DNA of 64,000 nucleotides from the human T2T-CHM13v2.0 reference genome, Homo sapiens: NCBI GenBank assembly GCA_009914755.4, contig CP086569.2, positions 24,736,001 to 24,800,000 of the forward strand, read 5' to 3'. Shown piece by piece: positions 51,230 to 64,000 of this stretch (position 1 is its first letter; each line of letters starts with the position of its first letter). The notes under the pieces were generated by a model. It saw only the letters and a program-made list of their open reading frames with translations, ran no database searches and was not told where the DNA came from. The position numbers and the translations under genes were made by a program.

Positions 51230-51700
51230 CTGATTGGGTAGGTCTTCTCCACAGGCTGGATGTTCTGATGAGTGTCCAGCTCTCAGTGGAGAGACGGCTT
51301 TAGAGTGGGCAGCTTATCTTTACAGGCAAGTTGTCAAGGCTTAGTGTCCAGCTCTCAGCAGGAAAGAAACCCTGGACTTGGTAGCTTCTCCATCCAGCTG
51401 GTCATATTGTGAGATGTTAAGCTCTCCACAGAGTGAAGACCCTGGAGTGGGTAGGTCTACTTCACACCTGGTGGTTCCAAGATTGGCTAAGCCTTCAGCA
51501 AAAAGAAGACCCTCGACTGGGTAGCTCCTCACTCTAGCTGGTCATCCCATTATCTCCCCAGCTTTCAGCAGATACTGTGGTGGGTAGCTCCAGCCCACTG
51601 CTGATAGTCCTGACATCTCCTAAGCTTGCAGGAGAGAGATGGCCCTTGGGTAGGTAGCTCCTCTCCACAGCTGGTAGTTTGAATAGTCCTCAAATGTGGC
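51230..51700. repeat. Minisatellite: about 7 tandem copies of a roughly 65-72 bp unit (gggtagctcctc...cagctggt...ctctcagcag...ccctggact) within ERV-L copy B
   Basis: Direct reading of the repeated units. Only about one unit-equivalent is recognisable at the orthologous position of copy A (near 33140). Confidence 0.8.
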
Positions 51701-54700
51701 TGAGTCCAGGAATATTATTTGCTTCAAAGGAAAGAAAGTGCTTGCTGATTGGATTATTTGGCAACCATGCGTGCGTTTTAGAAAAAAGCAAAAGTGGTTC
51801 CCATTCTTGTCCATCAGCCTAGAACCTAGACTTCAGGCTGTAACTGGCTTGAAGGTGGAGCCTCAGTGGGGACCAGCAAATTTATCGCCAAGAGCCTGTG
51901 ATGGCTAACACTGAGTATCAATTTAACTGGATTGAGAGATACAGAGTATTAGTTTGGCATGTGTCTGTGTAAGTGTTGCCTAAAAGAGATTAACACTAGG
52001 GGCAGTGGGCTGGAGAAGGTAGTTCCACCCTTAATCTGGTGGGCACAATTGCCCTGTAATTGCTCTTCTCTGGAAACCACAGTCATGCAACGACAAAATT
52101 TAAATATGTTGAGAATAGTTGGATCCCGATGTGACAGGGGTCAAGTGGCACCACTCAAACATCAAAGGTGTGGGTACAGCGAAGGGATAGTGGCAGTCAA
52201 ATATTATGACTCCTGTAGAGCCTTGCCATTGGTTAATTAGTCACGGTGTTCGTGCAAGTGAAATTGATGGAAAGCTTACTGCATTCATACTTATGTTATA
52301 CATACAGAAATCGTTGCGTCAAAAGGACAAATCACTATTCGGAATGATGAAAACAGAGAAGTACGGCCCCTCCATCAATTACCAGGCTAGAGACAGTTTA
52401 AAGACCGAGAATCCATCGAATGAAGAGGAGGCTGGGTTCCCTTGACCAAGAAACCCACAACACAACTGACTATTTATGCAGTGAATCTTTACACAATCTT
52501 TCCCCAAGAAGACCTCCAGGCTTTACCAAAGTAATTGTGTACTAGGGAAAGGGAAATAGTCAGACTTTGGAGAAACTACTGGCCACTAGCTCTGTGCTGA
52601 TGTGGGTTCCAGGGGACCCAAAATGTTACTGTGGTCCTGCAGTTAAAGTAGGAGCTCAGGGAGGTCAGGTAATTAATAGTGCTTTAGCTTATTAGGTCAG
52701 ATTTACAGAGTGCCCAGTGAGTCCCTGGAGTCATCCTGTGGTCATTTTCCCAGTGCTAAATTGCATAACTGGCATAGATATACTTAGCAGCTGGCAGAAT
52801 CCCACATTTCCATGACCTCCAAGGTGAGGGCTACAACAATAGAAAAGGTTAAATGGAAGCCACAAGAGCTGCCCCTACCTAGAAAAATAGTAAATAAGAA
52901 ATGATATCAAAACCCTGAGAAGATTGTGAAGATGGGTGCCACCATCAAAAATTTCAAAGATGCTGGATTGGTAATTACCAGCACATTCTAATTCAACTCT
53001 CCCATTTGGCCTGTGCAAAAGACAGGTGGACCTTGGATAATCACATTGGAGTATTGCAACTTAATACAGTTGTGAATCAACATGCAGCTGATATTCTAGA
53101 TATGGTTTATTTTTTGAGCAAATTAATACATCTCCTGTCACATGGTATACAGCCATTCACTTGGCCAGTGCCCTTTTCTTTATTCCTTTCCATAAGGACC
53201 ACCAGAGGCAATTTGCCCTCAGCTGGCAAGGCCAGCAATACACATTTATTAACCTTGTTCAGGTGTATATTAACTTTCTGGCTTCCTGTCATAATCTTAC
53301 TCAGAGAGACCTTGATTGCTCTTCACTTCTGTAAAGTATCACAATGATTTCATCCATCTCATTGATGAAATTAGGCTGATTTGATGAGTGAGCAAGAAGT
53401 AGCAAGCACATTTGAATTATTGGTGAGACATTTATGTACCAGAAGATGTGAAATAAATGTGACTAAAATTCAGAGACCTTCTACCTCCGTAATGTTCCTA
53501 GAGGTCCAGTCTTGGGAAGCCTGTCAAAATATCCTTTCCAGGGAGAAGAACAAGTTGTTGTGTGAGGCCCCTCTTATAACCAAGAAAGAGGCACAATACT
53601 TACTAGGCCTAGTTGGATTTTTGAAGCAGTACCTTTTTTATTTGAATATGTCCCACTGGCCCACTTATTAGTGACCCAAAGGGCTGCCAGCTTTCAGGGG
53701 CATCCAAAACAGGAAAAGACTCTGCAACTACTTCAGGCTGTGTTGCAAACCCCTCTACTCTTTGGGCCATATGAACCAGGAGATTCAATGATGCTTGAAG
53801 TTTCAGTGGCAGATAGGAATGTTGTTTGGAGCTAAATAACTGTGGCAGCAGTGTCCTGCTCATTAAATCTACTTGTCTTACCATGTTTCCCATTATCCTG
53901 AAGGAGCTGGATAAATAGAATGGTTAAGTGGCTTTTTGAAGTTACAATTACAATGCCAACGATGTGACAATACTTTGCAGTGCTCCCACAGGTGAATCAG
54001 ACCATACATCTCTAGGATTTTGAAGCAAGGCCCTGCCATTTTCTGCAGATAACTAGTATTCTTTGGAGAGACAGCTCTTGGCCCATTGCTGGGCTTTGGT
54101 GAAACATTTCAATGTTGGTCATCAAGTCACCATGTGAACTACACTGCCTATCATGAACTTGGTGCTTTCTGACCCATCGAGTCTTAAAGTGGGTTGTGCA
54201 CAGCAGGATTTCATCATGAAATGGATGTGGTATACATGTGGCCAGGCTTAAGCAGGTCCTAAGGCACAACTAAGTTACCTGAGAAAGTGGTTCAAATGCT
54301 CACGATCTCCACTGCAGCCACCCCATCTTCACTCCTTCAGCCTATGTCGATACCCAAATGGCCAGATTTCTGACTATATACTGATTCATGGTCCATAGCT
54401 AATGGTTTGTCTGGGTGTCAGGCACTTGGTAGATGCATGATTAGAATATTGGTGAGAAAGATATTTGAGGAAGACGTATGTGGACGGACCTTTGTGAGTG
54501 GTCAAAAGCTGTCAAAATATTTGTATTCCATGTGAGTTCTAACCAACGAGCAGCCTTAGTAGATAAAGAGTTTAATAATCAAGTGGATAAAAACACTGGT
54601 TCCAGGGACACCACTCTGCCTCTTTCCCCAGCCACCCCTGTCATTGCCCGATGAGTCCATGAACAAAGCGGCCATGGTGGCAGAAATTGAGGTTACACAT

Positions 54701-55373
54701 GTGCTCAGCAACATGGACTTCCACTCACAAAGCCTGACCTGGCTATGGCCACTGCTGAGTGCCCAATTTGCCAGTACCAGAGGCCAAAACTGAGCCCTCA
54801 GTATGGCCCAGTTTCTTGGGGTGATCAGCCAGCTACCTGGTGACAGATTAATTATACTGGAACTCTTTCATCAAGGAAATGGCAGAGGTTTGTCCTCACT
54901 GGAATAGCCACTTACTGTGGATATGGGTTTCCCCATTCTTCATGCAATGCTTCTGATAAGACTACCATTCATGAACTCACAAAATGCCATATTCACCATT
55001 ATGGTGTTCCACACAACATTTCCTCTGACCAGTGCACTAACTTTACAGCTAAAGAAATGTGGCAGTGGGCTCCTGCTCATTAAAACGCTGGTCTTACCAT
55101 GTTTCTCATTATCTTGAAGCAACTAAATTAATAGGATTGTGAAGTGGCCTTTTGAAGTTACAATTGCAATGCCAACTATGTGACAATACTTTGTAGGGCT
55201 GTGGCAAAGTTCTCCAGAAGACCATATGTTCTCTGAATCAGCATCCAATATATGGTATTGTTACTTCTGTAGCCAAAATTCGCTGGTCCAGGAATCAAGC
55301 GATGGAAGTAGAAATTTCACCACTCACTATCACTCCTGTGCTTCACTAGCAACATTTTTGTTTCCTGTTTCTT

Positions 55374-55706
55374 ATGATATTATGTTCTGCTGGCCTAGAG
55401 GTCTTAGCTCCCCAAGGAAAAGCGCTGCCACCAGATGAAACAAAACTGATTCCATTAAACTGGAAGTCAAGATTGCCACCTGGACACTTGGGCCTCCTCC
55501 TACCTTTACGTCAGCATTGTAAAAAGGCAGTTACAGTGTTGACTGAGGTGATTGACCTGAACTATCAAGATGAAATCAGCCTACTCCTCCACAATGGAGG
55601 GAAGAAAGAGTGTGGCATAAAATACAGAAGATGCATTAAGATGTGTTCCAGAATTACCATGACGTGCAACCAAGGTCAGTGGAAAACTACAACAGCCCAA
55701 TTCTGA
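55374..55706 (+). pseudogene. Retroviral dUTPase domain remnant (3' end of ERV-L pol)
   Basis: Motif 1 SAGLEV (AGYDL-like), PGHLGLLLPL (motif 2 region), EVIDLNYQDEI (GVIDxDYRG-like motif 3). It lies downstream of the integrase remnant, which is the ERV-L-specific arrangement. Confidence 0.75.
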
Positions 55707-56584
55707 CAGGGCTACAGTTGGATCAGACCCTTCAGGTATTAAGGTTTGGGTCACTCACCAGGGTAACAACAACAAAAGGAACAACAACAACAAAACAATA
55801 AAAACCGCAACCTGCTGAGGTGCTTGAGGAAGATAAAAGGAAGGCAGAATGGGTGTTAGAAGAAGTTAGTCATCCATATCCGCTATAAACAAGTGACCAG
55901 CTGCAGAAATGAGGACGTTAATTGTTTTAAGTATTTCGTCCTTCTTTTGTTAAAAAAAAAAAAGTTTGTGCATGTATACACATGTACTAAGAAAATTTTT
56001 TTTATTTTCCTTTATCATGCTACATAAGATTTATTGAGTTCTTATCAACATTTGTGTATTGTAAACTTTATGAAATAGTGTTTGGATTGGAGATTGCTGC
56101 ATTCCTGGTTGTAAGAGGATAATTGTATTATGTTAGGTGTAATTATTACCTCATTTCTGTCTGCATTTGAAGATTATGTATTATAGCAGGAGATGTGATT
56201 TGATTCGAGTTAACAAGGGGTGGACTTGTGATGCTTAATACTGAGTGTCTCATTCATTGGATCGAAGGATAGAGAGTATTAATCGTGGATGAGTTTCTTG
56301 GGTGGTTCACCCCCAAAAATTAACATTTGAGTCAATGGGAAGATCTACATTAATCTGATGGGCACAATCTCATGAGCTTCTAGCGAATATCAAGCAGACA
56401 GAAACATGTCAAAAAGCGAGATGGGACTAGCTTCGAAAGCATACATCTTTCTTCTATACTGGATACTTTTTCTCTCAGACAGTGGGCTCCAAGTTCTTCT
56501 AGGTTTGGGACTCAGACTTGCTCTCCTTGTTCCTCAGCTTGCAGGCAGCCTATTGTGATCATGTACGTAAGTACTTATAACCTC

Positions 56585-56680
56585 CCATAAATATTTATAT
56601 ATACATATACACAGGCACACACACACACTCACACATATACATGCATATATAAAAATATATAAAGGGATGGAAAACTAAAC
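56585..56680. repeat. (TA)n/(CA)n compound microsatellite adjacent to the L1 3' end
   Basis: Direct reading. Confidence 0.85.
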
Positions 56681-56708
56681 AGTCTGTAAGTATTTTCAAA
56701 AAGTATTC

Positions 56709-62912
<6,204 letters not shown>

Positions 62913-64000
62913 CTTTAATCCATCTTGAATTAATTTTTGTATAAGGTGTAAGGAAGGGATCCAGTTTCAGCTTTCTACATACAGCTAGCCAGTTTTCCCA
63001 GCACCATTTATTAAATAAGGAATCATTTCCCCATTTCTTGTTTTTGTCAGGTTTATCAAAGATCAGATGGTTGTAGATATGCGGCATTATTTCTGAGGGC
63101 TCTGTTCTGTTCCATTGGTCTATATCTCTGTTTTGGTACCAATTCCATGCTGTTTTGCTTACTGTAGCCTTGTAGTATAATTTGAAGTCTGGTAGCGTAA
63201 TGCCTACAGTTTTGTTCTTTTGACTTAGGATTGTCTTGGCAACGTGGGCTCCTTTTGCTTCCATATGAACTTCAAAGTAGATTTTCCGAATTCTGTGAAG
63301 AAAGTCATTGGTAGCTTGATGGGGATGGCCTTGAATCTACAAATTACCTTAGGCAGTGTGGCCATTTTCACGATATTGATTTTTCCTACCCATGGGCATG
63401 GAATGTTCTTCCATTTGCTTCTATCCTCTTTTAATTCATTGAGAAGTGGTTTGCAGTTCTCCTAGAAGATGTCTTTCACGTCCCTTGTAAGTTGGATTCC
63501 TAGGTATTTTATTCTCTTTGAAGCAATTGTGAATGGGAGTTCACTCATGATTTTGCTCTCTGTTTGTCTGTTGGTGGTGTTTAAGAATGCTTGTGATTTT
63601 TGCACATTGATTTTGTATCCTGAGACTTTGCTGAAGTTGCCTATCAGCTTAAAGAGATTTTAGGCTGAGATGATGGGGTTTTCTAGATATACAATCCTAC
63701 CATCTGCAAACAGGGACAATTGGACTTCCTCTTTTTCTAATTGAATACACTTTGTTTACTTCTCCTGCTTGATTGCCCTGGTCAGAACTTCCAACACTAT
63801 GTTGAATAGGAATGGTGAGAGAGGGCATCCCTGTCTTGTGCCAGTTTTCAAAGGGAATGCTTCCAGTTTCTGCTCATTCAGTATAACAGTGGCTGTGGGT
63901 TTATCATAGATAGCTCTTATTATTTTGAGATACGTCCCATCAAGACCTAATTTACTGAGACTATTTAGCATGAAAGAATGTTGAATTTTGTCAAAGGACT
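62913..64000 (-). mobile_element. LINE-1 ORF2 fragment (another copy, same orientation), 3'-truncated at an ORF2-internal position and running off the window
   Basis: Beginning ctttaatccatcttgaattaatttttgtataaggtgtaaggaagggatccagtttcagc..., this is colinear with 57855-58900 of the adjacent L1. ORFs 62908-63264 and 63756-63971 on the minus strand are L1 ORF2 RT segments. Confidence 0.9.

Larger units (their letters stand above)
50110..56400 (+). mobile_element. ERV-L-like (class III) provirus copy B, about 6.3 kb, plus orientation: leader/gag containing a roughly 70-bp minisatellite, protease, RT, RNase H, integrase and a dUTPase downstream of integrase
   Basis: - RT at 53006-53347 (+frameshifted continuation to 53671): KTGGPWIITLEYCNLIQ...AADILDMV...WPVPFSLFLSIRTTRGNLPSAGKASNTH... 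is colinear, with frameshifts, with copy A RT.
- ORF 54917-55117: FHTTFPLTSALTLQLKKCGSGLL (integrase core; compare copy A FHTAFPLTKTLTLWLKKCGSGLL).
- ORF 55374-55706: SAGLEVLAP...IPLNWKSRLPPGHLGLLLPL...VLTEVIDLNYQDEISLLLHNGGKKECGI (dUTPase motifs 1-4).
- Whole arm aligns in reverse complement with 28440-34850. Confidence 0.82.

Overview
This window is primate (human-like) nuclear genomic DNA, not a prokaryotic or viral locus. A large part of its 64 kb is recognisable interspersed repeat sequence. No prokaryotic operon, CRISPR array or defence-system-like structure is present, and I could not support any intact protein-coding exon. Almost every long ORF in the six-frame track is a decayed retroelement reading frame or the translation of a microsatellite.

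Repeat content:
- Two full-length (~6.2 kb) LINE-1 elements with decayed ORFs: 10830-17195 on + carrying a nested young Alu with intact target-site duplications, and 56709-62912 on -. Several further L1 fragments are present.
- About 20 Alu copies and fragments, a THE1/MaLR element, and a partial HERV-K-like (betaretroviral) provirus at 5028-10829 on - with recognisable env, RNase H and RT.
- Two ~6.4 kb ERV-L-like proviruses in inverted orientation: 28440-34850 on - and 50110-56400 on +, about 15 kb apart.

The most gene-like object is an intronless, frame-disrupted CDY/CDYL-family retro-pseudogene at 20546-22457 on - (chromodomain plus enoyl-CoA-hydratase-like domain), interrupted by an Alu.

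Other points worth a second look: the structure of the inverted ERV-L pair, hypervariable micro- and minisatellites at orthologous sites within the pair, a head-to-tail L1/L1 junction, a 550-bp (TG/TA/CA)n tract inside the HERV-K RT, and a head-to-head Alu pair. All coordinates are from eyeball alignment and are accurate to roughly 10-30 bp.
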